64,000 bases of DNA from Minutocellus sp. GHC0000111 (GCA_977018835.1 OZ361259.1:3162001-3226000); one strand, 5' to 3'; positions 35,268 through 47,592 are shown, counted from the first letter of the stretch. Program-made: numbers and translations. The notes: a model not told the origin generated them from the letters alone.

Positions 35268-35936
35268 ATGCCATCACAACTTGTCGAAACGATCATTGAC
35301 GAACAATGCTACGCAATCCGACAGGCGCTTTCGCCATCCGAGCAGGCGCAAGTATTCGAGGATCTCATGGAACGGTCCAAGAACACGGACAATACGAGTA
35401 CAAGTCTGTACCCGTCCCCCAAAACAATTCGATTTGATGGAGAATTGTCCAAGTTGAAATTCAATCATCTAGACAAGTCCAGTGTGTTCAAGAAACTCAT
35501 TCTGGAGAAGGCCGCAGACCATCTATTTCGTGGCGAAAGCAATGCAGCCGATAAGGGCACTCGTGCAGCTGGTCCGGCTTGGCTCCAATCTCCCGTCGAG
35601 TTTACCGTCGCCGCCATTCGATATGATGTTGCCACGGGTGCGCTTGCAGATCACGTTGATCATTGCAACGATGGGAGCTGGGTTGTCCTGTTGAGTTTGG
35701 GGTGTACAGCGAAATTCAACGTGAATAATTATTGTATGGATTTTCGCAGTGGAGATATTTTGGTATTTGATCCATCTACCAAGGCCGGATTGTTGCATGG
35801 CATCGAAAGCATTATTAACCAAGAAGACGATGAGTTTAAGATTGACGAGAAATTGCTTCAAGGATATCCAACAATGATGCAATATCGATTTGGAATTCAG
35901 TGTTGGGTCAAGCCGGCATCGATAAATGAATCATAA
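35268..35936 (+). CDS. AlkB-like 2-oxoglutarate/Fe(II) dioxygenase
   Basis: HVD...SLG...SGDILVF...LHGI...RFGIQCW: HxD...H metal triad. Confidence 0.7.
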   Translation: MPSQLVETIIDEQCYAIRQALSPSEQAQVFEDLMERSKNTDNTSTSLYPSPKTIRFDGELSKLKFNHLDKSSVFKKLILEKAADHLFRGESNAADKGTRAAGPAWLQSPVEFTVAAIRYDVATGALADHVDHCNDGSWVVLLSLGCTAKFNVNNYCMDFRSGDILVFDPSTKAGLLHGIESIINQEDDEFKIDEKLLQGYPTMMQYRFGIQCWVKPASINES

Positions 35937-36143
35937 ACTGTACAATGAAGAGAAAGAGGCAGCTATAAAATGTGTTTAACCTATCTGATGCCAATAAAGG
36001 ATCCAATCATTACTTAATAGACTAATTTGAGATATTTATTGCATCAAAATTAAATATTAAAATGTAGATGTTGAGACGAACACATGCCAGCATCCCCTAC
36101 GTCGTATGAGACATCAATATGGATCAATTTTTCCTACCAATTC

Positions 36144-36995
36144 TCATCGTTTCAGGAAGCACCTCACAACCGACCGCAGAATACAGAGCTGCTTGGCCTT
36201 GGTAACTTCCAACCCCACAAAATCAGCGATATTCTTCCGAATCCCGGGATGGCCGCTGAGGCATTGGAGAATGCAGCCTCGGTCCTTCTCGGGAGTCGGC
36301 GGAAGAGTACCGAGGAGGAATGTGACCATCGACGAATGAGCTTGTAGAACGTCTTTGGACCAGTCCACAAGTCGACGACAGGCAGGATATGTTTCTTCGT
36401 CCGCCCATCTATTTAGACCATGAATCAGATCTCCATCAACCTCGTCTGAGCTGTCGTCATGACAAAGAGCCCCGTGAAGGACAAGCCACCTCGCGAAATC
36501 ATCAAACTCGCGGTGAGCAGCGTAAAGGAAGGGCGTCCAGCCGTCTGTGTTCACAAGTCGCACATGGTCCTGCGCGCCATTGGCGTACAAGAGCTTGCCA
36601 ATATCGACATGACCCTTCAGCGCTACTATTTCCATTGGCTTCTTGTCCCCCAACCATTTGGTCGTAGACGCACCTCTCGATACCAGATATCGACACATCC
36701 TCAGGTCTCCCCTCCAGCAAAAGTACATGAGGGGAGTATATACTCCCCTAATATTAGGGTTAGTAGATCCATTTTCCGCGTCATGATAGACATTGTCCAA
36801 GGCTGCGTCGTCGGGGTCAAAGCCAGCCTCTCCTTCGCCACCGCTGCCCACCAGTCTGACAGGAGCATCCCTCAGGATTTTGCGGGCGGTCGCCTCGTCG
36901 TACATGGGACCGCCGAGCACGCATGTACCTGCGCTCGGAGTCCCTCCTCCATCGCGCTTCTGCCGCATTTTTCGAGGCTCGTTTCCTTCCGACAT
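36144..36995 (-). CDS. Ankyrin-repeat protein (paralogue 2)
   Basis: TPLMYFCWRGDLRMCRYLVSRGA, GWTPFLYAA; collinear with 34028..34888. Likely start MSEGNE. Confidence 0.8.
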   Translation of the reverse strand: MSEGNEPRKMRQKRDGGGTPSAGTCVLGGPMYDEATARKILRDAPVRLVGSGGEGEAGFDPDDAALDNVYHDAENGSTNPNIRGVYTPLMYFCWRGDLRMCRYLVSRGASTTKWLGDKKPMEIVALKGHVDIGKLLYANGAQDHVRLVNTDGWTPFLYAAHREFDDFARWLVLHGALCHDDSSDEVDGDLIHGLNRWADEETYPACRRLVDWSKDVLQAHSSMVTFLLGTLPPTPEKDRGCILQCLSGHPGIRKNIADFVGLEVTKAKQLCILRSVVRCFLKR

Positions 36996-37290
36996 GGTGA
37001 TGGCTTGAGTGATCCAACGATGGGCGTGCAGATGCGTTTTGGCTGCTGGTCGGTAACAGTCAGGCAACAAGGCTCCGGGCGTTGCGTTGGCTTGCTATTA
37101 TTGGCCGCTGTAGGAATTGCCTTCCGTTTTCAGCATTTCGGCCGCAGTTTAGCTCTTCAGTAATTTTGTTTCTTTTTTTTTCTAGGATTTTGAAGCCCAT
37201 TTTCATCCCGACCACACATCTTGTGCTCATTTTTCCACCGGACATCCAACCACGCACGTGCCGATACCAGTAGGAACCAAGCAGCTAGCC

Positions 37291-39579
37291 ATGGCCCGCA
37301 AGCGCTCCCGTTGGGGGGACGCCCCCGCAGATACTTGTAACAACGCCGAGGCCGATGCCTCTGGTGAAGCTGCGGCCACGGGCAATGGCAATGGCGAGAA
37401 CGGGGGATATGCCGAGCCGAGCAAGAAGAAGCGCAAGAGCCGCTTCTCGTCGGCTCCACCAGATACCGCCGGTAACGGCGCCGCTGCTGGTCCTACCACT
37501 GCAGCTACTTCAGCTACCACTACGGCTACCGACATGGACGCCAAGAAGGCCAAGGCCGCGGCCCTCCAGGCCAGCATCGCCGCGCGGCTGGCCGCCCTCA
37601 AGGCCAAGAAGGCCGGCTCAACGGCTACTGGTACCGTCGGCGGTGCACCAGCCGCCGCTCCTCCTTCGGCCGCCACTGCTGCCGCTGCGGCACCCGCCGC
37701 TGCCACCACTGCTAAATCCAAGAAGGCCAAGACGTACGAGATCGATTTAAGTGATGCCACCCCATTGTTCCAAAAGGAGCAGCTCGCCAAGAAAGCCGAG
37801 GCCGCCAAACCGAAGAAGAAGGTGAATCCGTACCTGGCGCACTTGGAGCCTGCCGCGGCCGATGGCGCTAATACTAATGCTGGGAAGGGTGGAAAGGGCA
37901 AGAAGGACGGAGGTGGTGCCAAAACAACGGAAGGGGCGGTTAGCTTGCAAAAGGGCCAGGACGCCTCTTTGCCCGATCCAACTAATGCCGAACCAACCGC
38001 CGCCACCATTGACCGCGACGGAGGCGGCGAGCTCCTCCTCGACGGACGCCTCCGCGGGGGCCGGGTGGCCAAGACCCGGGCCCGGCACCGTCCCATCAAA
38101 TTCGTTCAGCCCGGCAAGCACACGGCCATGGCCGAGCTGAAGCGCCAAAAATTGAAGAATGCCGCCGCCGCCGGTTACGCCAGCGGTCGAAAGGCTGGAT
38201 ATGTTCCCGCCACCATGGCCACGGCGGCCGGTGTTGGTGGAGGTGTTGCAGGTAGTGGTAATGGTGGAGCCTACGGTGCCGGCGAGGCGGGTCTGGCCCA
38301 GGAATACACCCTGTCCAACCTCCCCGCCAGAGCCGATGCGCCCGATCCCAACGACGAGGCTGCCCGGAGGGACAACACCCTCCCCGCGGTGATGGAATGG
38401 TGGGACGTCGAGTTGATCCCTCGGGGAGAGCTGCGGAGGGAGTTGGCAGAGATTGAATCGAGGCATCGCAAGGAGGAGGCCCTGGGGGGACTGATGCTGG
38501 TGGGGAAGAAAGAGGAGGAGTGTGTGGAGGCCAAGGAGGAGAATGGCATTGGCGCCAATGAAGCTGATGGGGATACCACCATGACCGACGTGGACGCCAA
38601 CGCTCAAACCGACCCAAGGTCCCAGCTCGAGGAGAAATGCTACCAGTCCGCCTCGTCCCACAATGCCCGCACGCACACCCTCGTCCAGCATCCCGTCCCG
38701 ATCAAACCCCCCCACGCACCTACCGGCCCGCCGGTCCAACCCACCCTCCACCTCACCAAGAAGGAGATGAAACGTCAACGGAAGCTCCGCCGGGCCGAAA
38801 AGCAGCGCGAACTCCAAGACCTGCAGGCCGCCGGCCTCATCCCCCCTCCGGAACCTCGGTTGACCTTGTCGAACTTTATGCGCGTCCTCGGCGATCAGGC
38901 CGTCATGGACCCGAGTCAGATGGAACAGAAGGTCACCGAGCAGATCCAGGCCCGCAAGATCCGGCACGAGCGGATGAACGAGGAGCGCAAGCTCACCAAG
39001 GAACAGCGGAAGGAGAAGCGCGCCCGCAAGCTGGCCGAGGATACCACCCAGGGCGTGTCGGTGGCGTTGTTCCTGGTCCAGGATATGTCGCATAGATATC
39101 ACCGGACCAAGGTCGATTTGAATGCGCAGCAGAATGGCATCACGGGTGGGGTACTGGAGGTCGATCAGCCCAAGTTGGCCCTGGTCATTGCCGAGGGTGG
39201 TCCCAAGGCCATCAAGAGATATACGAGGTTGATGACCGTCCGGATGAAGTGGAGGGGAGAGAATTTTTTGGGCGACGACGGCGAGGAGGAGTCCGATCAG
39301 GAGGGCGATGAGGCTGCAGCAGCCCACGAGGGTGGCGAGGAAGGTGACGCCTCGTCGGCACCTCAAAAGTTCAACCCCCACAATGCGTGCGAGCTGATCT
39401 GGACCGGGATGGGGGCCAAGCGCATGTTTACCTCGTTTGTGTTTCAGAAATGCGAGACGGCCGACGTAGCGCGCAAGGTGCTGGAGGCCAAGGGCGTGGC
39501 GCACTTTATGGACCAGGTACTGGTCCATGCCAGTGGTCGGGGCTCCGAACTCAACTTTCGGCTTGGGGGTGGGGAGTGA
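37291..39579 (+). CDS. PRP3: U4/U6 snRNP protein PRP3
   Basis: MEWWD, LVQHPVPI, LTKKEMKRQRKLRR, GLIPPPEPRLTLSNFMRVLG, KVDLNAQQ, EGGPKAIKRY.RLM.VRMKW. Confidence 0.92.
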   Translation: MARKRSRWGDAPADTCNNAEADASGEAAATGNGNGENGGYAEPSKKKRKSRFSSAPPDTAGNGAAAGPTTAATSATTTATDMDAKKAKAAALQASIAARLAALKAKKAGSTATGTVGGAPAAAPPSAATAAAAAPAAATTAKSKKAKTYEIDLSDATPLFQKEQLAKKAEAAKPKKKVNPYLAHLEPAAADGANTNAGKGGKGKKDGGGAKTTEGAVSLQKGQDASLPDPTNAEPTAATIDRDGGGELLLDGRLRGGRVAKTRARHRPIKFVQPGKHTAMAELKRQKLKNAAAAGYASGRKAGYVPATMATAAGVGGGVAGSGNGGAYGAGEAGLAQEYTLSNLPARADAPDPNDEAARRDNTLPAVMEWWDVELIPRGELRRELAEIESRHRKEEALGGLMLVGKKEEECVEAKEENGIGANEADGDTTMTDVDANAQTDPRSQLEEKCYQSASSHNARTHTLVQHPVPIKPPHAPTGPPVQPTLHLTKKEMKRQRKLRRAEKQRELQDLQAAGLIPPPEPRLTLSNFMRVLGDQAVMDPSQMEQKVTEQIQARKIRHERMNEERKLTKEQRKEKRARKLAEDTTQGVSVALFLVQDMSHRYHRTKVDLNAQQNGITGGVLEVDQPKLALVIAEGGPKAIKRYTRLMTVRMKWRGENFLGDDGEEESDQEGDEAAAAHEGGEEGDASSAPQKFNPHNACELIWTGMGAKRMFTSFVFQKCETADVARKVLEAKGVAHFMDQVLVHASGRGSELNFRLGGGE

Positions 39580-40095
39580 GTGAGTCAGTTCTGCGAGAGG
39601 AAAGAGATGGACATAGATCTAATCGGCACAGATGCCGGTATAGACGTCGAATGTTAGGATTGCACATTTGAATATACACTTATTTACAGTACCGGTATGA
39701 TGCTCTGATGTTGCCGACTGCTTCTCCGAGCAGCAAGCCGGCCTTGACTGATCTACGTACGGGATCGTCACTACGTACACCTCCACGCACGAAGGCCATC
39801 GCATCCATCAAGCAACGCGCGGCCAACAATCATCAAATTCCCGAGAAGACAACTCGCCGAGCGACGTTGAGACTCTTGCTTCATGGAACTGGAACTGCCT
39901 TGCACCATTCTTGCGAACCGCCATTTTTGCCTCATCGATCGTTCCAATTCCTTGCGATTCCTTCCGGTCAGGTCAGTCGGTTCCCATCGATCGCCACATC
40001 GCGTCCGTCTTGCCAGATCAGGGACGACTTATTATTGATACTTGCAATTGCAATCGCTGCCCTTGCCCCTGACCCGACCATTCCTGACGCCAGCC

Positions 40096-43000
40096 ATGGA
40101 CGCTGCCGTTCCAGAGCGCAAGCTGCAACGACAACGGCGTCGGCCGAGACCGTCTCCTCATCGCCACCGTCGCCGGGGGATGCGCGCCGCCACGGCCGCC
40201 GCGGCGTCGTGCTCGCTGGTCCTGGTTGCGGACGGTTCGGTCGCGCTTTCCACTTTGGGCGTCGGACTTGGCGTCGGACTTGGTTTCGGCGTCGGTGTAT
40301 TGGCCGAGGGTGCGGACGGCAGTCCAGACGCATCCAAGTCGGGCGGGACCAGCGGAGCAGCTGCAGCAATTCAAGACCGGCAGCAGCGAAAGGTGGAGGT
40401 TTTGAAACCCCTCGTCCTCGATGACTTTGCCACGGTCGTCCACGTCACGGAGCCGATATTGCAAAAGCAGGAGGAAGGAGAAGAGGAAGGTGGAGAAACG
40501 GCAGTAGTAAGCAGTGGTGATAGTGCGCAAGACAACGCCAATAGTGGTGCAGCAGATGAGAATATTCGGGTGAGCGATGAAGACGCAAACGATGACGAGC
40601 AGAGGAAACAGCCGACGGAGCCACAGCAATCGGCCACGACCGCATCGGAGGTACTGCACGACGATTCCCTCTCCAGCATCCCCCCGTTGCCGTCCGATTT
40701 GGTGCAACTCGCAGACGACCGCTGGGAGAATGCCATGGAGGTAAAGGAAATGGTTAGGGATGTGCTGGATTCCAAGCTGGGGGAGTACGACCATGGGCAG
40801 GGGGTGGAGGAGGCTGAGGAGGAGGGACAAATTGGAGAAGTTGAGGAGGGAAAAGGCGAAGCTGCGTCCGTTGACAACAAGGACGCGACAACCGGTGCTG
40901 GTGAGGAAGGTGCAGATGGTACCCCGGACGAACCGTCTGGTAGCGCGATAGTGGAAGGTGCTGTTGGTGCTGCGGGAGAAGCAGATGGAACCGTAGAAAC
41001 AGGTTCGGAGTCGGAGGCGGGTGCGACGGAAAATGTGCAAGAGCAACCGGCCGACTCTGCTAGTATGGTTGATCAGCAAGAAGATGCGACAGCCACAGAA
41101 ACAACCGAGGCAACGGAAGACTCGCCGAAGAATCGCGTGGTGGTGGACTACGCCAGCAAGGCGGCCGGTGCGCTCGTGCTGGAAAAATCGCCCAACCTCA
41201 AGGGCACGTCCAACCTCCTCAACAACGACAACGACAAGTATGCCATCGCCCCGTGCGACGAGGAGCGCAAGTACGTGGTGATTGGTCTATCCGAAGACAT
41301 TCTAGTGAAGCAGATTGTGTTGGCCAACTACGAGCGGTATTCCTCCCACCCCAAGGAATTTCAGGTATTGGGGTCCCAGACGTACCCCGACTCGACGTGG
41401 ATCGATTTGGGCACCTATACGGCCCAACCCGGCAACAATGCGCAGACCTTTGATCTGATCGATCCGACCTGGGCCCGGTATCTCAAGTTGCGGTTCATTA
41501 CGCATTACGGGGCCGAGCATTACTGCACCGTCAGTCAGATCAAGGTCCATGGCTCTACCATGCTCCAAGGCTTCCATGAACAGTGGAAGGAGAGCGAGGA
41601 GGAGGTGAAGAAGGTCATTGAGGCCGTGGAGGGGGAGGATGATTTGGATGAGGAAGATGACGGTGATGAGGTGAACGAAGAAGATGCCGAGGAGGAAGGT
41701 GAAGCGGCCGAGGATATGGTTGAGACCAGTTCTGAGGATGATGGCGAGAAAATTGACCAAGAAGTGGAAGAGGACGACGCTGGTGATTCAAAAATCGATA
41801 ACGATGACGCGAGTGGAGAGAAGGCATCTGCTTCAATAGAAGCCGGTGATATCGCCGAACGGCACGAAGTCACTACTGCCAATACCGCCGATGCCCTAGA
41901 GAATGAAGGGGCCCACACTCGTGACGATGCGACGACTGGTGACCGCCATGCCCCCGTCGATAATTCACTCTCCGGACCAAAGAATGAAGAGAACGACAAT
42001 ATCCCCCACCAAGATGAACAGCAAACTTCGGAGGAGGTTGCCAGCAATGACGATGAAGTAAGTGCGCCCAAGGCATCGGTCGAATCGAAGAGCGTCGATC
42101 TGACTGAATCCGATGCAGCAGACGCAAAGCAAATTCCACACGAGGCAGCGAAAGGCTCGACCGCAGACATTACTGATGATTCCGGCAGTGCTGCAGCCGT
42201 TCCGACCGGCAGCAGCGCAAAGGACGACAAACCCGATGAATCCAGCTCCAACATTTTGACGCCGAGTATCGACGCTTCTTTTGGTGGTGACGATAACGGA
42301 GGCCCAGTGTGCATTCCATACCGGTACGGAATTGCACCCACAATGTGTGCAGATGTCAACATTAGTGACATGTCGGCAGATCCGTTTGTTGCCGCGATGA
42401 ACAATTTTAACCGCAACAAAAGTGCCCTGTCGCTGACTTCCATTGCGCGTGAATCGGCAGACTCGACCATGTCGGACGGAACGGTGGCGTCGATGATTGG
42501 CAATTTGTCGTCCCTAGCATCGGTATCTGATGCATTTATACGGTCATCTATTGACAAGGCCTCCCATGTTATCCGCGGGGTCAAAGATTCCAACTCTGTC
42601 ATCAGCACCAAGAACAAAATGGAGGACACAAGGAGCGCTGGATCACACCACGCTGTTTTGGACATGATCGACGACAGTGCTTTCCAACAATCGAAAAAGC
42701 CCAAAAGCCCAAAGGCCGCCAAGACCAGTACCGAGAAGGATTCGGGCAAGAAGACACCGCCAAAGAAACATGAAGAGGCTCTCGTGCCAGGGGCGATGGA
42801 CGCCGAGGTCTTTGCAGCTCTTGCTAACAAGTATCCCGCTGCATCCTGTATCAAGGATCTCAACTATCAAGAGTTCAAGACAAAAATCATCGAGGCACGA
42901 GCGAAAAAGAAACCAGCCGTGGTTGAGAAAGCCAACGGACCTCCGCAGCCGGGAAAAATTGAACCAATCTTCAAGACTCTAACAGACAAAATCAAGTCCC

Positions 43001-43404
43001 TCCAGCTCAGCCAGTCGGTCTATGACCAATACATCAAGGCCGTCACCTCGTGCTATCAACGCATTATTTTGGATGTAACAAACGAACTCAAGACGTCGGA
43101 GTCGGTACAAGCAGAGCGGTTATCATTGCTAGAGGATGCCATCCGTGACCTCCAGTCGCAAAGTCGGGGTCATTCGGCCCTTGAAAGTGTTGTTTTGCCA
43201 ATCCTCGCTCTTATTTGGTTCGCAGGATCTTCCTTCTTGGGAGCCTTGGTGAATCTGTTTCAACCACAGAATTGGTTCGTTGCCGCCGATGTGATATCTG
43301 ATTCTACTTTATTTGGTACCTCTGGACCAGATTATCTTTTCGGACTTGCGGGCATCGCACTGTCGGCATTGCTTTTTGTTTCCTTTATTCGTCGTAAATT
43401 TTAA
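40096..43404 (+). CDS. Mid-SUN domain protein (SLP1/SUCO-like)
   Basis: DYASKAAGALVL...LANYERYSS...ARYLKLRFITHYGAEHYCTVSQIKVHG; IFKTLTDKIKSL coiled coil; C-terminal TM segments. Confidence 0.85.
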   Translation: MDAAVPERKLQRQRRRPRPSPHRHRRRGMRAATAAAASCSLVLVADGSVALSTLGVGLGVGLGFGVGVLAEGADGSPDASKSGGTSGAAAAIQDRQQRKVEVLKPLVLDDFATVVHVTEPILQKQEEGEEEGGETAVVSSGDSAQDNANSGAADENIRVSDEDANDDEQRKQPTEPQQSATTASEVLHDDSLSSIPPLPSDLVQLADDRWENAMEVKEMVRDVLDSKLGEYDHGQGVEEAEEEGQIGEVEEGKGEAASVDNKDATTGAGEEGADGTPDEPSGSAIVEGAVGAAGEADGTVETGSESEAGATENVQEQPADSASMVDQQEDATATETTEATEDSPKNRVVVDYASKAAGALVLEKSPNLKGTSNLLNNDNDKYAIAPCDEERKYVVIGLSEDILVKQIVLANYERYSSHPKEFQVLGSQTYPDSTWIDLGTYTAQPGNNAQTFDLIDPTWARYLKLRFITHYGAEHYCTVSQIKVHGSTMLQGFHEQWKESEEEVKKVIEAVEGEDDLDEEDDGDEVNEEDAEEEGEAAEDMVETSSEDDGEKIDQEVEEDDAGDSKIDNDDASGEKASASIEAGDIAERHEVTTANTADALENEGAHTRDDATTGDRHAPVDNSLSGPKNEENDNIPHQDEQQTSEEVASNDDEVSAPKASVESKSVDLTESDAADAKQIPHEAAKGSTADITDDSGSAAAVPTGSSAKDDKPDESSSNILTPSIDASFGGDDNGGPVCIPYRYGIAPTMCADVNISDMSADPFVAAMNNFNRNKSALSLTSIARESADSTMSDGTVASMIGNLSSLASVSDAFIRSSIDKASHVIRGVKDSNSVISTKNKMEDTRSAGSHHAVLDMIDDSAFQQSKKPKSPKAAKTSTEKDSGKKTPPKKHEEALVPGAMDAEVFAALANKYPAASCIKDLNYQEFKTKIIEARAKKKPAVVEKANGPPQPGKIEPIFKTLTDKIKSLQLSQSVYDQYIKAVTSCYQRIILDVTNELKTSESVQAERLSLLEDAIRDLQSQSRGHSALESVVLPILALIWFAGSSFLGALVNLFQPQNWFVAADVISDSTLFGTSGPDYLFGLAGIALSALLFVSFIRRKF

Positions 43405-43555
43405 AGGCGATTTCTGCAACCGAGACTTGCGACGAATGGTGATACACGCCGTTCTCGATCCGCCCCTGACGTTCTTGCCTGAATTCAACCCTTTTAGCAA
43501 AATAGACAAAAGAAACTACCATACAAGGCTAAGCTAAGAAAAAAGAAACTTTGAA

Positions 43556-46500
43556 CTATTCCATTAGCCATTTCAGCAGGTGCGTTGCGTCTCTTTGGAA
43601 ATCTCCATTCTCTAAAAATATTTCTTTGGCGGTAGCAATGATACCTAGCCCCCCGCCGAAGACATTCTCTCTCGGGCGTCCTCATCGATTGTAAGGTGCA
43701 AAAGGGCACGGCAAGCACTTGCTTGAATATCACCGTTTGTTTGGAATCGAGCCATTCCAGAAAGGATTGCCTCGATTCCATCGCTTTCGACGCATGCAAA
43801 CTGAACCTGCAAGCTATTGTCACAGAGACGCGCAAGGATGCCACACCCCATTGCCTGGATGTCGACATGCTCCAAAAACGTTAGTAGAGCATCAATGACT
43901 GTAATTATGCAACCACCTTCAACGAGCATTTCTTTCGTATTCTCTCGACTTGATAGGCTCTGGAAAGTGCCGATGATATATGCTACTACGCACTCGCATG
44001 GAACATCAGATTCAAACGCGGCAAACACTAGTGATACCAATGTCTCAATCTGGTCAGGAGAGAAAGAAAATTCTTCGCTCTCCGTCAGCATTCGCTCGGC
44101 AATCAGGTCAATGATGCAAAGGCTCCCCTCGCAAACTTCGATAGACACACTATCAAGTGCTACCTTGTTTTCTTCTAAAATACTCCCAAAAAGACACAAT
44201 GATACTGGATGTAGCAGCTCTGGCTCTATTTCGTTCTCAGAATGAATAATTAGAGCGTAGATAGCCTCGCACGCTTCTTTTTGCAGACTTGCCGCGGTTG
44301 AATCACGCTGGATAAGATCAAGGAGAGTACAGAGAGGTTCGATGGGTGATATGTAAAAGTCGGCCTTTGCAGCAGCAACAGAAATATTGGAAATGATTCG
44401 ACATGAATTTTCGTGAAGAAGCTTCGATTGGCGAATATTTTGGATCATAAAACATATGGCGCTGAGAATATCGCTGTAAGGGACGTGGCATCCAAGCAGC
44501 AAAAGATGATTTGTGATCTGCAACGCACAAAGTTTTCCATTTTCATCAACGTTATTCTGCTGCAGAAGCCTTCGCAGTCCCTCGGTGAAAGCTGCATCAG
44601 CCAGGGAATCGATGTCATCATCGATGCTGACTGTTAACCAACAAAGGGCGTCCAAAGCATGGGATTTGCTTTCATTCGTTCCGTCGGTAGCAAACGCGAC
44701 CGCGGCAAGCTTACCGATGGCACCGGCTTGGTCCATTTCTATTGCATGGCTCGGCCTTGACGCGCAAACACTCTTCAACAGACGGCAGAGAGATGGAAGC
44801 AAGCTAGGATCGTCCAGGACCACCAAAAATTTTGAGATAAGCTCCCTTGTATTAAGGTCTTCAATATTCTGTAGATTCGGGAGAATAAACAGATTTGAGA
44901 GAACATCACACTGTAGGCTAGACGTGTCATCTTCTGGGAGACATGCGACTGCTTTCACAGCTTTTCTGATGAGATCAGGATCATTTACCCAAAAAGACGA
45001 TGTAGCCGACAGCTCTAGAATGATAGCGAGGGCTGCCTGGCGCAACTTTTCATCATCGTTTCCGTGAATAGCCAAGGCTTGAACAACTTTCTTTACACCA
45101 GCTCCCTCCGCTATCATGGCTTTACTTTCTGGCAACGCGTGAGCGAGATATGGCAACACCATACTCTGAAGTGCAGCCAATCCAGGATATGTTCTCAAAA
45201 GATTTGAAGCTATTACAAGAAGTTCAAGATTCGCCTCGACCTGATTGTCTTCATTGTCTAATGTGAGAAGAAGGCTGAAAGAAACCACTTTTACTCGTAT
45301 TGGTGCACTTTCACTCCACAGCAGCTTGGTGCAAGATTTCCACATGTTCACTGATCCAAGAAATTTCACAAAATTGTTCATGATATTGTTTGAGTCAATG
45401 CTGGAATACAACTATTCTAGCACACTTGCGGCGGATGTCAACGTCGTTTGTACCACTACGACCGAGCCAGCATCCAAAAGTATCTCAGTGATAATCTTGT
45501 AGTGGGTCGATTGCCAAAACGCGCTTGAGTTTTCCTCACATTTGTCACCGTTGTTTGTATATTTCTTTGTTTCGGCTTCATAAACTTCGGCAGCGATCTC
45601 TATTATGCCTTGATGGTCAATATGTCTCTGCAAAACTAGAGAAAAAATTTCTAGAAGTTCCATCTCATCGGAGGCGGAATATTCAGCTTCCTTCACATTT
45701 GAGATATCCCCGTCTTTAGAGTCAGACCCTAGTACAATCTCACTGCTGGCTCGACCTTCAGTCTCTTGATTTGTTTCTAAGTCAAAATCGCCTTTTTCAT
45801 TTGTGTTGAATCTCTTGATTTCATCGACAAACCTTGCCAATTCATGAATTGCATGAACTACAATGGTTACATCGTCGGCGTGATCAAGTAAAGCTTGTAA
45901 CGCCTCCTTCTCGGTTGAGATTTCAGGGAGTATCTGCTTGATTGCCCCAGCCTCCACCGATGATGGTTCAACAATTTTCTCAGATGCACCTGCCCCCCCA
46001 ACGGCCTGTTCCTCTTCGTTGATTATTCCTGATTCGTTTGGACCTGAATCATTTTTACTGGCATCGTCCAAGACCTCCTCCAACCCCAGGGATTTGGAGG
46101 AATCGGTCGCTAGAGACTTGGAAGATGTCCCAGCCGGAATCGCCATCATAGATATGTGCTTTGCCTTTTTCCATAATTTCTTTGCCAACTTTCGTCTGCT
46201 TCCACCGCTCGACTTGGAATATTGCAGAGAATCACTCCTTGAAGATTGGCCCTCAGAATCCGAATGATTATCGTCAGCGTTGACATCGGCTTTTCCATCG
46301 CCATCAGCATCGACCCCGTCACCGGTCGAGCTATCGTTTGAGAGGAAAGAAGACGGGAGCCTCCCACCCGAGCTTGCTCCGCTCGATAAGAACGAAACCC
46401 GACTGCTCTTCTTTCTGCTTTGGTCGGCACTGCTGCTGGCTCGGGCAGCGAGAGCACCAGACGAACTGATGTCATGAGTGCCGATGCTCCCATCGCCGTC

Positions 46501-47100
46501 ATCCCCCGCTGTACTGCGTCTATGAATATAATCGATATTGAGCGACTCATCCGCCAAGTCACTGCTTTGATTTATTGCCGCACCTTCCGCAATCGCAGCT
46601 GCCGATGTCAGGCTATTCGTTGCTGCCAACACAAGCATGTGGGTGTCGTTGGCATCAGGGTTTACACCGTCGCGTTCCATGACGGTCCGAACTCTCCTTG
46701 GATGGCATCGCTTGCATATGCCATTGTACACACCTTCATTAGTTACTGATCGATTGACGACAAGTCCCAGTCCGTGAATGTCGTGCGTTCGGACCCCGCA
46801 TCCCTCGCACAGCCCGCGACGGTGGCAATATTCCAATCGCTGCGCCGCCGTCATGATCTGGCCGGTGGCGGTAAACATGTGCTCGGAATGGTGCGATTGC
46901 ATTGCCGGCTGATGCTGATGCTGTGCCCTTGTGGTGATGGGGGCAGTATTGCCGGGTATGGGAGACGATGAATTGCCAGCGGCACGTTCATCGCCAAAGT
47001 CAACACCTGGGGGCATTGTAGTAGTACCATCCATGGCGATTGGGTCAATGACCGAGCTGGCCATGGGCCGACGAGACTTTCGTGCCTGTCGACGGGACAT
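43556..47100 (-). pseudogene. Large ARM/HEAT-repeat protein, disrupted
   Basis: Two same-frame ORFs separated by one TAG at 45412. ARM-like repeats (DIQAMGCGILARL, DIQASACRALLHL). A G-run frameshift at ~43650 hides the tail LGIIATAKEIF...LKWLME*. Confidence 0.65.
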
Positions 47101-47592
47101 GATGGAAATGATGGAACTTCAGCCAGCAACTCTAAGTGGCTGTTGGTGCCCTTTTTGACGTTTGTGTTTACTGAAAAGTGAAACGACTACTCAAGAATGG
47201 GCTATTTAGTGGACTTCGGCGTATTTTTTATCTCTTTTGCTCTTTTGTGCTTTGATCTTGCCTCGGCGCAGTACCTACTAGAGCTACGTAGTAGGTATCA
47301 TCTATCTCATGGTTGCTGCGGAAAATGAGCCCTTTTTGGCTTGCTTGTGTGAGGCTTGAAGCTTCGAAATGACGTGAGCACAGCCGACAAAATTTTCTCT
47401 TTCCAACTGTGCAAATTAAGAAAGCTGTGCGCGTCACAGCTTTCTTTATGATCCGCCGCGCTTTCGCGCTCGAGCGAGCGGGCCAGGTACAAAAGAAGTG
47501 CGAAGCAGTGAACGCGGACCGCACCACGGTACGAAGCCTCTGTAGCAAAGCATATTATAAACGTTTTCTTGGACCGAAATTGCTGATGAAAT

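Noticed and set aside
37227..42863. Long antisense or overlapping ORFs (e.g. 37747..39528-, 41535..42863-; also 15635..16735-)
   Set aside because: Shadows of high-GC3 coding sequence on the other strand; no motifs.
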